Under the pieces are notes generated by a model. That model saw only the letters and a program-made list of their open reading frames with translations, made no database searches and had not been told where the DNA came from. Made by a program: the position numbers and the translations under genes. A stretch of 64,000 nucleotides of DNA from an uncultured Candidatus Rokubacteria bacterium (GTDB lineage: Bacteria; Methylomirabilota; Methylomirabilia; Rokubacteriales; CSP1-6), in the NCBI GenBank assembly GCA_963758635.1, contig CAVWWD010000008.1, positions 1,184,001-1,248,000 of the forward strand. Direction: 5' to 3'. Position 1 is the first letter of the stretch. Every line of letters starts with the position of its first letter. This document shows positions 39,137 through 52,272 of the stretch, in pieces.

Positions 39137-39785
39137 ATGATCGACGGCCTCCGCGTGGAGATCGGCCCTCGGGCGCTGGTGGTGACGAGCGAGTCGCCGC
39201 TGCGAGGCGCTGTCGTCGGCCGTCTTCCGCGGAGGCCTCGTCACCGCCCGCTCGATCGTGAACGTGCACGTGAACGGCGACGACTGCGTGGACCCCGAGG
39301 CGGCGCTCGCCGCCTACCTCCGCGACGCGCGCCTGCCCGCGCCGTGCGTGGGCCTCCTCACGGGGGCGCGCACCGAGCGCGCCACGGTGGGCGAGGCGGC
39401 GGCCCATGGCTATCACGCGCTGGCCGCGGTGACGGTGGGGCTCGGCAACCGCATCGCCGCGGGGGCGAGCCCGGTCGCCCGCTGGTCTCCCTCGACGATC
39501 AACACCATCGTGGTCGTGGACGCGGCGCCCGAGCCCGCCGCCCTCGTCAACGCCGTCATCACGGTCACCGAGGTCAAGGCGCTCGCGCTGCGCGCCGCGG
39601 GCCTCGCCACCGCGGACGGCCCCGCGTCGGGCACCTCCACGGACGCGGTGGTGATCGCGGCCACCGGACGCGGGCGCCCCGGGCGCTTCGGCGGGCCGGT
39701 GAGCGAGCTCGGGTGGGTGATCGCGCAGGCCGCGCGCCAGGCGCTGACCGCCGGCATCGGCGCGTGGGTGGAGGAGCGCCGGTGA
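39137..39785 (+). CDS. cbiZ: Adenosylcobinamide amidohydrolase (frameshift near 39205)
   Basis: LSSAVFRGG, GLLTGA, TINTIV, AVITVTEVKA, SGTSTDAV. Confidence 0.85.
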
Positions 39786-40613
39786 CGGGCACGGTGCGCG
39801 CCGCCATCGCGGTGCTGGCGTCCACCGGCGCGCACCTGGCACTGGCCGGCAGCCTGGTCGCGCTGTCACGCGCCGGCGGCCTGCCCTCGATCTTCGTGGA
39901 CCTCTCGGAGCCCGCGCACGAGGCGCCCGCGCCGAGCGCGCCGGCGCGCGTCGCGCCACCCGTCGCGGCGCGACGTGCCGCGTGCCGCGCGCGCCCCCGC
40001 TCCGCCGGCGGCCGCGCCTGCACCCGCCGTCGCGCCGGCGGCTCCGGCTGCGTCTCCGCCCGTGCCCGCGGAGCCGAGGCGCGAGCCCGCCCCCACGGCG
40101 ATCGAGGCGCCCGCCGCCGCGCCGAGCGCTCCGGCGCCGGCGGTGGCGCTCCCCGTGGTCCCCGGTCCCGCGCAGGAGTCCGCCGGCGCCCTCACGGGCG
40201 CCTCCGCGACGGCCGGCCCGCCCGCGGGGACCGGCTCCGGCACGCGCGGGGGAGGAGAGCCGTCGACGGCGAGCGGTCCGGCCACGGCGGTCGCCCGGCC
40301 CGGCGAGTCGCGCGCCGGCGCGCCGCCCGAGTACGCGGGCTACCTCGCGCGCTTCCATCAGCGCGTGCAGTCCACGCTCACGTACCCGATGGCCGCGCGG
40401 CGGCGCGGCCTCGCGGGCGTCGTCGAGCTCGAGGTCTCGATCGACGCGCAGGGCCGCGTCCGCGACGTGCGCGTGTCGGCGTCCTCCTCGCACGCGATCC
40501 TCGACGAGGCGGCGGCGGACGCCGTGCGCCGGCTGCCGCCGATGCCGTTTCCGCCGAGCCTCCCCCCGCGCGCGCTGACCGTCCGCCTGCCGCTCGTCTT
40601 CGTGCTCCAGTGA
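39782..40613 (+). CDS. tonB: Energy transducer TonB (frameshifted)
   Basis: N-terminal TM with SxxxH, Pro/Ala linker, YPMAARRRGLAGVV...SSSHAILDEAA. Confidence 0.85.
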
Positions 40614-40614
40614 C

Positions 40615-40699
40615 TCGGCGAACGCCGGGCGCTCGCCCCATGGTGAGTCGTTGGCGCGAGGTGCGGGCGGGCGAAGCCCGGGCGCCCGCACCATGGTGA
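40615..40699. repeat. Dispersed copy (plus degenerate upstream copy) of the 63-bp array core
   Basis: GGTGCGGGCGGGCGAAGCCCGGGCGCCCGCACCATGGTGA at 40660-40699 matches 18735-18774 with one mismatch. Confidence 0.88.
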
Positions 40700-41609
40700 C
40701 CGCGCTGCTGCTCGCCGTGGCGCTCGACCTGCGCGCTCGGCGAGCCGCCGAACGCCGTCCATCCCGTGGCCTGGATCGGCCGCCTCATCGCGCTCGGCCG
40801 GCGTCTCGCGGGAACGGGGCCGCCGACCGCGCTGCTCGCGGCGGGCGCCGCTCGTGGTCGCGGTCACGGCGGCCACCGCGGCGCTGGGCGCGGCGGCGGT
40901 GACGCACCTGACCGCGTCGTGGGGATGGGCGGGCGTGATCGTGGAGGCGGCGCTCCTCAAGTGCGCCTTCTCGCTCCGCGCCCTGCGCGCCGCCGCCGAG
41001 GAGGTGAGGGGAGCGCTCGCCGCGGACGACCTCGACGGCGCGCGCCACGCGCTCGGCCGCCACCTCGTGAGCCGGCCCACCGGCGGGCTCGACGCCGCCG
41101 GCGTCGCGTCGGGCGCGGTGGAGTCGGTGGCGGAGAACCTGACCGACAGCTGGATGGCGCCGCTCCTGCTCTACCTGGTGGCCGGCCTGCCCGGCGCGTG
41201 GGCGTACCGCGCGGTGAACACCGCCGACGCCATGATCGGCTATCGCGACGGCGTCCTCCTGCACCTCGGAAAGACCGCGGCCCGCGCGGACGACGTGCTG
41301 AACTGGCTGCCCGCCCGCGCCGCCGCCCTCTCGATCGTGGCCGCGGCGTGGCTCGCCGGCGAGTCGCCCTCGGGCGCGTGGCGCGCGATGCGCCGGGACG
41401 GGCCGAGCACGGCGAGCCCGAACGCGGGCCGCACGATGGCGGCGATGGCGGGCGCCCTCGGGGTCGTCCTCGCGAAGCCCGGCCACTACCGGCTCGGGGA
41501 CGGCCGAGAGCCCGACGCGGAGGCGATCCGGCGCGCCGTGCGCGTGGCCGCGATCGCGGCCGCGCTCGGCCTCGGCGCGGCCCTCGCCGCGCTCGCCGCC
41601 TCGTCGTAG
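40693..41609 (+). CDS. cbiB: Adenosylcobinamide-phosphate synthase CbiB/CobD (frameshifts in N-terminal part)
   Basis: HPVAWIGRLI, ESVAENLTDS, YRAVNTADAMIGY, ARADDVLNWLPAR, SPNAG. Confidence 0.9.
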
Positions 41610-41723
41610 CCGCGCCGCGCGCCGAGGTTTTTGCTTCGCCGCCTTCAGCCCGCGGCGTATGATGTTTCGACGCCGCCATCGTGCGGCGATTTTTGTCTCA
41701 GGAAGGGCCGGGCCCGTCGAGCA

Positions 41724-43384
41724 GTGAACGTCACCGATCTCCTGTCAGGCGCCGTGCGCCAGGCGCTGGACGCCGCCGGCCTCCCCGTGCCGGACGAGGT
41801 CGCGTGGGAGATCCCGCGCGAGGCCCACCACGGCGACTACGCGACGAACGTGGCGATGACGCTGGCGCGCACGGCGCGGCGGCCGCCGCGCCAGGTCGCG
41901 GAGGCCATCGTCGCCCGCTTCCCCTCCACGGGCGTCGTCGAGCGGCTGGAGGTGGCGGGGCCCGGGTTCCTCAACGTGTTCCTCGCCGCCGCGTGGTGCG
42001 CGACCGCGCTCCGCGACGTGCTGCGCGCGGGCGACGCATACGGCCGCCGGCCGGCCGACGCCCGGCGCTACCGGATCGAGTTCGTCTCCGCCAACCCGAC
42101 CGGCCCGCTCGTGATCGTCAACGCACGGGCCGCCGCCGTCGGCGACGCGCTCGCGCGCATCCTGCGCTCACAGGGCGGCGACGTTGTGAGCGAGTACTAC
42201 GTCAACGACGCGGGCAACCAGTTCCTGGCCCTCGCCGCGTCGATGGAAACCCGGGTCCGACAGGCCCTCGGGCAGGACGCGGCGCTGCCCGACAACGGCT
42301 ACCCCGGCGAGTACCTGGTGGACCTCGCGCGCGAGTGGCTCGCCACGGACCGCGCCGCCGCCGAGGCCGCGCTGGCCCTGCCCGAGGAGGAGCGCCGCCG
42401 GCGCTTCGGCTGGTATGCCGTGCACGCCCTGGTGGCGGGGCAGCGGAAGGTCCTCGAGGACTACGGCACGGTGTTCCACCAGTGGTCGCACGAGGAGGCC
42501 GACGTGCGGGCCAAGGGCCTGCCCGAGCGCGCGACGGCCGAGCTGACTCGCCGCGGCCACACCTACGAGGACGCCGGCGCGCTCTGGTTCCGCTCGACGG
42601 CGTTCGGCGACGACAAGGACCGCGTGCTCCGGAAGTCCGACGGCGAGCTGACCTACTTCGGCGTGGACGTGGGCTTCCACCACCTGTCGAAGTTCGACGG
42701 CGCCGACGTCGTGATCAACATCCTGGGCCCCGACCACCACGGCTACATCGGGCGGATGAAGGCCGCGATGCGGGCGCTCGGGCACCCGGACGAAGCGTTC
42801 GACGTGCTCATCGTCCAGCTCGTCACGCTTCTCCGCGACGGCCAGCCCGTGCGCATGTCCAAGCGGCGGGGCGAGTTCGTCCTGATGGACGAGCTGCTGG
42901 AAGAGGTCGGGCGCGACGCGGCCCGCTTCACGTTCCTCACGCGGCGCCACGACAGCCCGCTCGAGTTCGACCTGGCGCTGGCCACGCGCCAGTCCTCCGA
43001 CAACCCGGTCTACTACGTGCAGTACGCGCACGCGCGCGTGTCGAGCCTCCTGCGAAACGCGGCCGAGCAGGGCCTGGCCGCGCCGTCCGCTGGGACGACG
43101 TCCCGTTCGAGCGCCTCGATCTGCCCGAGGAGCAAGGGCTCATCAAGCGCCTGCTCCAGTACCCCGGCCTCGTGGCGGGCGCGGCGCGCGCTCGCGAGCC
43201 CCATCGGGTGGCCTATTCCCTCACCGAGCTGGCGGGGGCGTTCCACCCCTACTACAAGGCGCACCGGGTGATCGGAACGGACCGGGACCTCTCGCTCGCC
43301 CGGCTCGGGCTCTGCGTGGGGGTGGCGCAGGTGGTGCGGAGCGGCCTCGGCCTCCTCGGCGTCTCGGCCCCGGAGAGCATGTGA
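41724..43384 (+). CDS. argS: Arginine--tRNA ligase (frameshift near 43085)
   Basis: HGDYATNVAM, EFVSANPTGPL, EYYVNDAGNQ, FGDDKDRV, MSKRRG, NPVYYVQYAHAR, GVSAPESM. Confidence 0.95.
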
Positions 43385-43397
43385 GCCCGGACACCGG

Positions 43398-44114
43398 ATG
43401 GAGGGCGTCATGAGCGGGCGCACGCGCGGGCGGTCGGAAGGGATGTCCGGGATGCTCCGGATCACGCTCGTGGCCGGCGGCGCCGCCGTCGTGTGCCTCG
43501 TCTTCACGCTGGGCGTGGTGACGGGACGGCACTGGGTGCGGCCGTCGCCGGATGCCGTGGCCGACCCCTCCCGGAAGGCGGCCCCGGCGAAGCGGAGCGC
43601 CCTCGTGGAGGGGGACGTGGAGCGGCCGCGCGCGAGCGGGGAGAAGCTCACGTTCTACCAGACGCTCACCGCGCCGCTCGGCCCGGGGGCCTCGTCCACG
43701 AAGCCGCTGGTGGCCGGCCGCGCGTCGGCCGAGTCGAGCGCTCCCGCGGCCCGGCCACCGGTCCAGGAGGCCGCCGCCTCGCGCGACTCGGGCGCGGCGC
43801 GGGAGGCCAGCGCCTCCCGCCCGACCGCGCCGGCCGCCGCGGCGGAGGCGGCTCAGCCGGCGCCGGCCCGGAGCGGAAGCGGCGGCTTCAACGTGCAGGT
43901 GGGCGCCTTCAAGAACCGCCAGCAGGCGGACGCCGTCCATCGCGACCTGCGCACGGCGGGCTTCGAGGCCTTCGTGACCACGCTGGGGACGGCCGACGGC
44001 GAGACGCGCTTCCGCGTGCGGGTGGGGCCGTTCCCGAGCCGGGCCGAGGCCGAGCGGACGGCCCAGCGGATGCGGGCGGCGCGCTCGCTGCCCACCTACG
44101 TCGCCGCCGACTAG
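43398..44114 (+). CDS. SPOR-domain cell division protein (FtsN/DedD-like)
   Basis: TM, LTFYQTL, VQVGAF, FRVRVGPF; typical position after argS. Confidence 0.88.
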   Translation: MEGVMSGRTRGRSEGMSGMLRITLVAGGAAVVCLVFTLGVVTGRHWVRPSPDAVADPSRKAAPAKRSALVEGDVERPRASGEKLTFYQTLTAPLGPGASSTKPLVAGRASAESSAPAARPPVQEAAASRDSGAAREASASRPTAPAAAAEAAQPAPARSGSGGFNVQVGAFKNRQQADAVHRDLRTAGFEAFVTTLGTADGETRFRVRVGPFPSRAEAERTAQRMRAARSLPTYVAAD

Positions 44115-44203
44115 TGAGCCCCGCGCGTCAGATGAATGTCGAGCGGTGGGACTGTAGAGGCCCGTCGCCGTTACCCGCAATCTGCGAGGGGCATTAACGC
44201 GCC

Positions 44204-44761
44204 ATGACCGAGCCCGCCACGGGCGTGGCCGTCGCCGACCAGCGCGTCTGCCGCGTGCTCATCTCGCGGGAGGAGATCGCCGCGCGCGTCCGCGAGCTGG
44301 CCCGGGCCATCGGTCGCGACTACCAGGACCGGAACCCGCTCCTCGTCGGCGTCCTGAAGGGCGCGGCCGTCTTCCTCGCCGACCTCGTGCGCGCCATCCC
44401 CGGGCCGGTCGGCTTCGACTTCATGGGCCTCGCCTCCTACGGCGCGGGCGCCCGCTCGTCGGGCGCGGTCCGCGTCACCGCCGACCTGTCGGTGTCGATC
44501 GAGGGCAGGGACGTCGTGATCGTCGAGGACATCATCGACACCGGCCGGACCGTGGACTACCTGCGGCGGAACCTCGCCACCCGCCATCCCCGGAGCGTCG
44601 CGCTCTGCTGCCTCCTGGACAAGGTGCGCCGCCGCGAGGTGCCGGTCACCGTGGACTACGTCGGGTTCGTCATCCCGGACGAGTTCGTCGTGGGCTACGG
44701 GCTCGACCTGGCCGGACAGTTCCGCGGCCTGCCCGACATCGTCGTCCTCGACGCGTCGTGA
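44204..44761 (+). CDS. hpt: Hypoxanthine phosphoribosyltransferase
   Basis: VGVLKGA, VEDIIDTGRT, FVVGYGLD. Confidence 0.95.
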   Translation: MTEPATGVAVADQRVCRVLISREEIAARVRELARAIGRDYQDRNPLLVGVLKGAAVFLADLVRAIPGPVGFDFMGLASYGAGARSSGAVRVTADLSVSIEGRDVVIVEDIIDTGRTVDYLRRNLATRHPRSVALCCLLDKVRRREVPVTVDYVGFVIPDEFVVGYGLDLAGQFRGLPDIVVLDAS

Positions 44762-44812
44762 CGGCCGGGCGCCGCCGGGCGCCCGAGGGCCGTATGGTAT
44801 ACTCGCGCAGTA

Positions 44813-46627
<1,815 letters not shown>

Positions 46628-46731
46628 GCGCGTCCGTCATACGGGAGGGAGCCCCCGCGCCGGCTCCAGGTTGGCCCGTCCTACCTGCTTCCGCGTCGAC
46701 GATGATAGGGTCGGACCATGGTGATCGCGCC

Positions 46732-47586
46732 GTGATCCACGGGACCTTGGGCGGCGTTCCCGTCGGAGACGACCGCGCCGTCGTCGTGATGGGGGCCATC
46801 AACGTGAGCCCGGGGTCCTTCTATGCCGGGTCGGTGGCCGGCAGCGACGAGGCCCTCCTGCGCACCGGCGAGGCCATGGCGAGCGCGGGGGCCTCGCTCT
46901 TCGACGTGGGCGCGCTCTCCACCGCCCCCTACCTGTCCACCGCCGTCTCGGCCGAGGAGGAGGCGGAGCGGCTCGGGACGGCCATCTCGCTCCTGACCAA
47001 GACCCTCGACGTCCCGGTCTCGGCCGACACCAGCCGCGTCCTGCCTGCCCGGGCGGCGCTGGACGCCGGGGCCCGGGTCATCAACGACGTGACCGGGCTC
47101 ACCGGCGATCCGGGGCTGGGGCCCCTGGTGGCGGCGGCGGGCGTGGGCCTCGTCCTGATGGCCGGGGAGCACGGGTTGCCGAGTCCGGGGAGCCCCCTCC
47201 CGGTCGTCCTCTCCATGCTCGAGGAAAGTCTCAGCCTCGCACAGGAAGCCGGTGTCGACATGGACGGGGTCGTGGTCGATCCCGGCATCGGGTTCTTCCG
47301 CCGGGCTGCCATCCCGTGGCACGAGTGGGACTGCCAGGTGCTGGCCGGGCTCTCCGCGCTCCGGCGGCTCGGGCGGCCGGTCCTGGTAGGGGTGTCGAGG
47401 AAGTCGTTCATCGGGGCCATCGCCGGCGAGGCCGACCCCGCGCGCCGCCTCCCCGGCTCGCTGGCCGCCACCGCCGCGGCCGTGCTGGGCGGCGCCCACG
47501 TGATCCGCACCCACGACGTGGCCGAGACGCTCCAGGCCGTGCGGGTGGCCGAGGCGGTACGCCGCGCCCAGGAAGACCGCCCGTGA
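46732..47586 (+). CDS. folP: Dihydropteroate synthase
   Basis: MGAINVSPGSF, SADT, INDVTG, VDPGIGF, GVSRKSFIG, RTHDV. Confidence 0.92.
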   Translation: MIHGTLGGVPVGDDRAVVVMGAINVSPGSFYAGSVAGSDEALLRTGEAMASAGASLFDVGALSTAPYLSTAVSAEEEAERLGTAISLLTKTLDVPVSADTSRVLPARAALDAGARVINDVTGLTGDPGLGPLVAAAGVGLVLMAGEHGLPSPGSPLPVVLSMLEESLSLAQEAGVDMDGVVVDPGIGFFRRAAIPWHEWDCQVLAGLSALRRLGRPVLVGVSRKSFIGAIAGEADPARRLPGSLAATAAAVLGGAHVIRTHDVAETLQAVRVAEAVRRAQEDRP

Positions 47587-48414
47587 ACGCTGGGCTCGCC
47601 GCGCTGCAGGGGGAAGGTCTGGGACGCCCTCGACCTCCTGCTGCTGGTCGTCGTGCTGTACCAGATCTTCGTCGTCTTCAAGGGCACCCGCACCGTGCAG
47701 ATGGCCGCGGGCGTCATCGGCCTCGTGGCCGCCACCTACGCGGCGCGCCGGCTCGAGTTGTTCATGAGCGGGTACGTGCTGGACAGCTTCTGGTCGTTCT
47801 GGGTGCTCGCCCTGATCGTGCTGTTTCAGCCCGAGCTCAGGCGGGCCCTCGCCCAGGTGGGCCAGAGCCCGATCTTGCGCGCGATGACCCGGGCCGGGCG
47901 CGAGCAGCGGAGCCACGTGATCGACGACGTCATCAAGGCCGCAGACGCCCTCGCCGGCAAGCGCATGGGCGCCCTCATCGTGATGGAGCGCTCGATGGAG
48001 CTGCGGCAGTACGCGGAGCTCGGCGTGCCGCTCGACGCCATCGTGTCTGCCGACCTCCTCGTGAGCCTGTTCCTCCCGTACTCGCCGCTCCACGACGGGG
48101 CGGTGCTGATCCGCGACGGGCGCGTGTCGGCGGCGGGCTGCTTCCTTCCGCTGTCCCGGAACACCCAGCTCGGACGCCAGATGGGCACGCGACACCGGGC
48201 CGCGCTCGGCCTGTCCGAGGAGACCGACGCCGTGGTGCTCGCCGTCTCGGAGGAGAGCGGAGGGATCTCGATCTCCGTGGCCGGCCGTATCGAGACGCCG
48301 CTGGACCGCGAGGCGCTCCGCGGCCGCCTCGCCGACCTGTTCGCGCTGAAGGAAGGCGCCGCCCACCCGCGGGCCGCCGCCTGGCGGGCCGGCCTCGGAT
48401 GGCTCCGCAAGTGA
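47583..48414 (+). CDS. cdaA: Diadenylate cyclase CdaA (frameshift at N-terminus)
   Basis: TM helices, LFQPELRRAL, PLHDGA, GTRHRAA, VSEESG. Confidence 0.93.
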
Positions 48415-48442
48415 CCGCGCGGGCACGTCAGGAGATCCTCCG

Positions 48443-49802
48443 GTGAGCCGCCTCTTCGGGACCGACGGCATCCGCGGGCTCGCCAACGCCGAGCCGCTCA
48501 CCACCGAGCTGGCCTTCCGCCTCGGCCGCCAGCTCGTGGCCACGCTCATCGAGCACCACGGGCTCCCCAAGACGAGCCTCGTGGTCGGACGCGACACGCG
48601 GCTGTCCGGGCCCATGCTGGAGGGCGCGCTCGTGTCGGGGGCGCTGTCCGCGGGCGCCGACGTTCACACGGTGGGCGTGCTGCCGACGCCGGCCATCGCG
48701 TTCATGACGCGGCGGCTCCAGGCGCAGTGCGGCGTGGTCCTCTCCGCGTCGCACAACCCCTTCGCCGACAACGGCATCAAGATCTTCTCGGGCGAGGGGG
48801 CGAAGTTCCCGGACTCCTGGGAGGAGGAGATCGAGGGCCGGCTCCGCGAGCCCGACCACGCTCCCTGGCCGACCGGCGCGCACATCGGCCGCCTCCGCCC
48901 GTACGAGCAGGCGGAGGCCGACTACCTCGCGCACCTGCGCGCGGTGTCGCCGCTCGACCTCCGCGGCCTCACGATCGCCGTGGACTGCGCCCACGGCGCC
49001 ACGTACCGCGTGGCGCCCCGGCTGTTCCGGCAGCTCGGCGCGCGCGTGCTCGTGCGGGGCGTCCGGCCCGACGGCCTCAACATCAACGCGGGCAGCGGCG
49101 CGCTCGATCCCGCCGGGCTCCGTAAGCGCGTGCTCGCCGCGGGCGCGCACCTGGGCCTGGCCTTCGACGGCGACGGCGACCGCCTCATCTCGGTGGACGA
49201 GCAGGGCGAGGTCCGCGACGGCGACCACCTGCTCGCGATCTGCGCCCGCCACCTCGCCGTCCAGGGGAAGCTCCGGGGCGGCGCGGTCGTGACCACGGTG
49301 ATGGCCAACCTCGGCCTGGACAAGGCGCTGCGGGGCATGGGCCTCGACGTGGTCAAGGCGCAGGTCGGCGACCGCTACGTCCTCGAGGAGATGATCCGGA
49401 TCGGCGCGAACCTGGGCGGCGAGCAGTCGGGGCACCTCCTCTTCCTCGACAACGCCACCACGGGCGACGGCATCCTGTCCGCGCTCGAGCTGCTCGCCGT
49501 GATGCGCGAGAGCGGCGAGCCCCTGTCCGCGCTGGCCGGCGTGCCTCCGGAAGTTCCCCCAGGTGCTCGTCAACGTCCGCGTGCGCGAGCGGCGCCCGCT
49601 CGACGAGATCCCCGGGCTCACGCCACGGCTTCGGGCGCTCGAGCAGCAGATGGACGGGAGCGGCCGCATCCTGCTCCGCTACTCCGGCACCGAGCTGCTC
49701 GCGCGCGTGATGGTCGAGGGCGAGGACCAGGCCCACATCGAGGGCATTGCCGGGGAGCTGGCCGGCCTCATCCGGAAGGACATTGGCGAGCTGACCGCGT
49801 GA
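48443..49802 (+). CDS. glmM: Phosphoglucosamine mutase (frameshift near 49540)
   Basis: LFGTDGIRG, SASHNP, DGDGDR, GGEQSGH, RYSGTE. Confidence 0.95.
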
Positions 49803-49881
49803 TCGGCGCTGAGCCGTGGGCGGTTGGCCACTGCACTTCCATGAAATGCTCGCCTCGACCTTCGGGCTCAGCTCGCAAAGC

Positions 49882-50271
49882 ATGATCCGGGGCATCGGGA
49901 TCGACATGACGCGCGTGACGCGGCTCCGGCGCGCCGTCGAGCGATGGGACGACCGGTTCCTTCGCCGCGTCTTCACCGACGACGAGATCGCGTACTGCCG
50001 GCGGAACCGCGACCCGATCCCCCACCTGGCGGCGCGGTTCGCGGCCAAGGAGGCGGCGCTCAAGGCCCTCGGCACCGGGCTCACCATGGGCGTGCGCTGG
50101 CGCGAGGTCGAGGTGCGGCGCGAGCCCGACCAGGCGCCCACGCTGACCTTGTCCGGGCGGTGCCGCGCCCTCGCCCTCGCCCGGGGCGCAGAGCGCGCCC
50201 TCGTGTCGCTGTCGCACGACGGGGACTACGCGCTCGCCCAGGTCATGCTGGTCGACGACCGCGCGGGCTGA
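49882..50271 (+). CDS. acpS: Holo-ACP synthase
   Basis: GIGIDM, AARFAAKEA, VSLSHD. Confidence 0.95.
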   Translation: MIRGIGIDMTRVTRLRRAVERWDDRFLRRVFTDDEIAYCRRNRDPIPHLAARFAAKEAALKALGTGLTMGVRWREVEVRREPDQAPTLTLSGRCRALALARGAERALVSLSHDGDYALAQVMLVDDRAG

Positions 50272-50289
50272 CCGCGCCGCCTCCGCCGC

Positions 50290-51843
50290 GTGCTCCCCGT
50301 CTTCACGGCGGCCGAGATGCGGGCGCTCGACGCCCGCGCCACCAGCGAGCTGGGCATCCCCGGGACGCGCCTCATGGAGGCCGCGGGAGCCGGCGCGGCC
50401 CGCGTCATCGTCGAGCGGTTCGGCCCCGTCCGCGGGCGGCGCGTGGTGATCCTCTGCGGCCGGGGGGAAACGGCGGCGACGGCTTCGTCGTGGCCCGGCA
50501 CCTGCGGGCCCGCGGCGCCCGTGTGCGCGTCCTCCTGGCCGGCGCGCGCGGCGACGTGCGCGGCGATGCCGCGTGGGCCCTGGGACGCCTGCGCGGCCGC
50601 CTGGAGGAGGTGGATGGGGCGGGCGCGCCCGGCCTCGCGCGGGAGCTGGAGGGCGCCCACGTGATCGTCGACGCGCTCCTCGGCACCGGCCTCGCCGGCC
50701 CCGTCCGCGGGCCCGTCGCGAGCCTCATCGAGGCGGTGAACGCGGCGGGACGCCCGGTGGTGGCCCTCGACGTCCCGTCGGGCCTGGGGTCGGACGCCGG
50801 GACCGTGACGGGGCCCGCGGTGCGCGCGGCGGTCACCGCCACGTTCGCCGGCCACAAGCGATGCGTCGTGGTGCACCCCGCCGCGGAGCGCGCGGGCGCC
50901 GTCGTCGTCGTCCCCATCGGCATCCCGCCGGTGGAGGTCGCGCGGGGCATCCGGACCTTCCTCCTCGAACGCGACGACGTCCGCGGGCCACCTCGGCCCG
51001 CGACGCGCCGACTCGCACAAGGGCACCTACGGCCACCTCCTGGTGGTGGCGGGCTCGATCGGGCACACGGGGGCGGCGGCGCTGGCCGGCCGCGCCGCGC
51101 TGCGGAGCGGCGCCGGCCTCTGCACGATCGGCACGGCGGCCTCGCAGCAGCCCATCGTGGCCGCCCTCGGCATGGAGACGATGACGGCCGCGCTCCCCGA
51201 GACGCCGGCGCGCTCGCTGTCCTCCGACGCCCGCGCTCCCATCGCCGCGCTCGCGGAGCGGATGGACGCGGTGGCCATCGGCCCGGGGCTCTCGCTGCAT
51301 CCCGACACCCAGGCGCTCGCGCGCGCCCTCGTGGCCGAGGTGCCGCGCCCGATGGTGGTGGACGCCGACGCGCTGAGCGCGCTCGCCGGCCACCTGGACG
51401 TGCTGCGCGACGCGGCCGGCCCGCGCATCCTCACGCCCCATCCCGGCGAGATGGCGCGGATGCTCGGCCGCTCGGTGGCCGACGTGCAGGCCGAGCGCGT
51501 GGAGACGGTGCGGGACTTCGCCACGCGCTACCGCGTGCACGTGGTCCTGAAGGGCGCGGGCAGCTGCCTCGGCGAGCCGGACGGCCGGGTGTACGTGAAC
51601 CCGACCGGGAATCCCGGCATGGCCACCGGCGGCTCGGGCGACGCGCTCACCGGGATGCTGGGCGCGCTCCTCGCCCGCGGCCTCGCGCCGCTCGCCGCGC
51701 TCCAGTGCGGGGTGTATCTCCACGGATACGCCGGCGACATCGCCCGCGACCTCGTAGGGGAGGACGGCCTCATCGCGGGCGACGTTGTCGAGGCCATGCC
51801 CCGCGCCCTCGCCGAGATCCGCGAGGCGCCACCGCGCCGATGA
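50290..51843 (+). CDS. nnr: Bifunctional NAD(P)H-hydrate epimerase/dehydratase (frameshifted)
   Basis: [46 protein letters not shown]. Confidence 0.92.
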
Positions 51844-52269
51844 CCGAACGCATGGTCGCCCGGACCCCGGAGGAGACGGCGGCGGCGGGGGAGCGCCTCG
51901 GCGCGCGCCTCCCCGCGGGCGCGGTGGTCGCGTGCGTGGGGGAGCTCGGCGCGGGCAAGACCTGCTTCGTGCAGGGGCTCGCGCGCGGCCTCGGCGTCAC
52001 CGCCGTCGTCACGAGCCCGACGTTCGTCCTCGTCAACGTCTACCGGGGACGCGTGCCCGTCTATCATCTGGACGCCTACCGCACGGACAACCTCACGGAG
52101 GTCGTCGACCTCGGCATCGACGAGATGATGGCCGGCCAGGGGGTCACGCTGATCGAGTGGGCGGACAAGGTGCCTGCCGCTCCTTCCCGCCGACGCGGTG
52201 CGGGTGACGATCTCCGGGCTGGGCGACGAGCCGCGCGAGATCGTGATCGAGGGCGCGCCCGCGGGCTGA
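51840..52269 (+). CDS. tsaE: tRNA threonylcarbamoyladenosine ATPase TsaE (frameshift near 3' end)
   Basis: [25 protein letters not shown]. Confidence 0.93.
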
Positions 52270-52272
52270 CCG

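Noticed and set aside
37080..40694. 1204-aa minus-strand ORF and similar long antisense ORFs throughout
   Set aside because: Shadow frames of real high-GC genes with no motifs
49803..49881. Small RNA between glmM and acpS (GCTGAGCC...GGCTCAGC)
   Set aside because: Only an 8-bp inverted repeat in GC-rich DNA, with no recognisable family features
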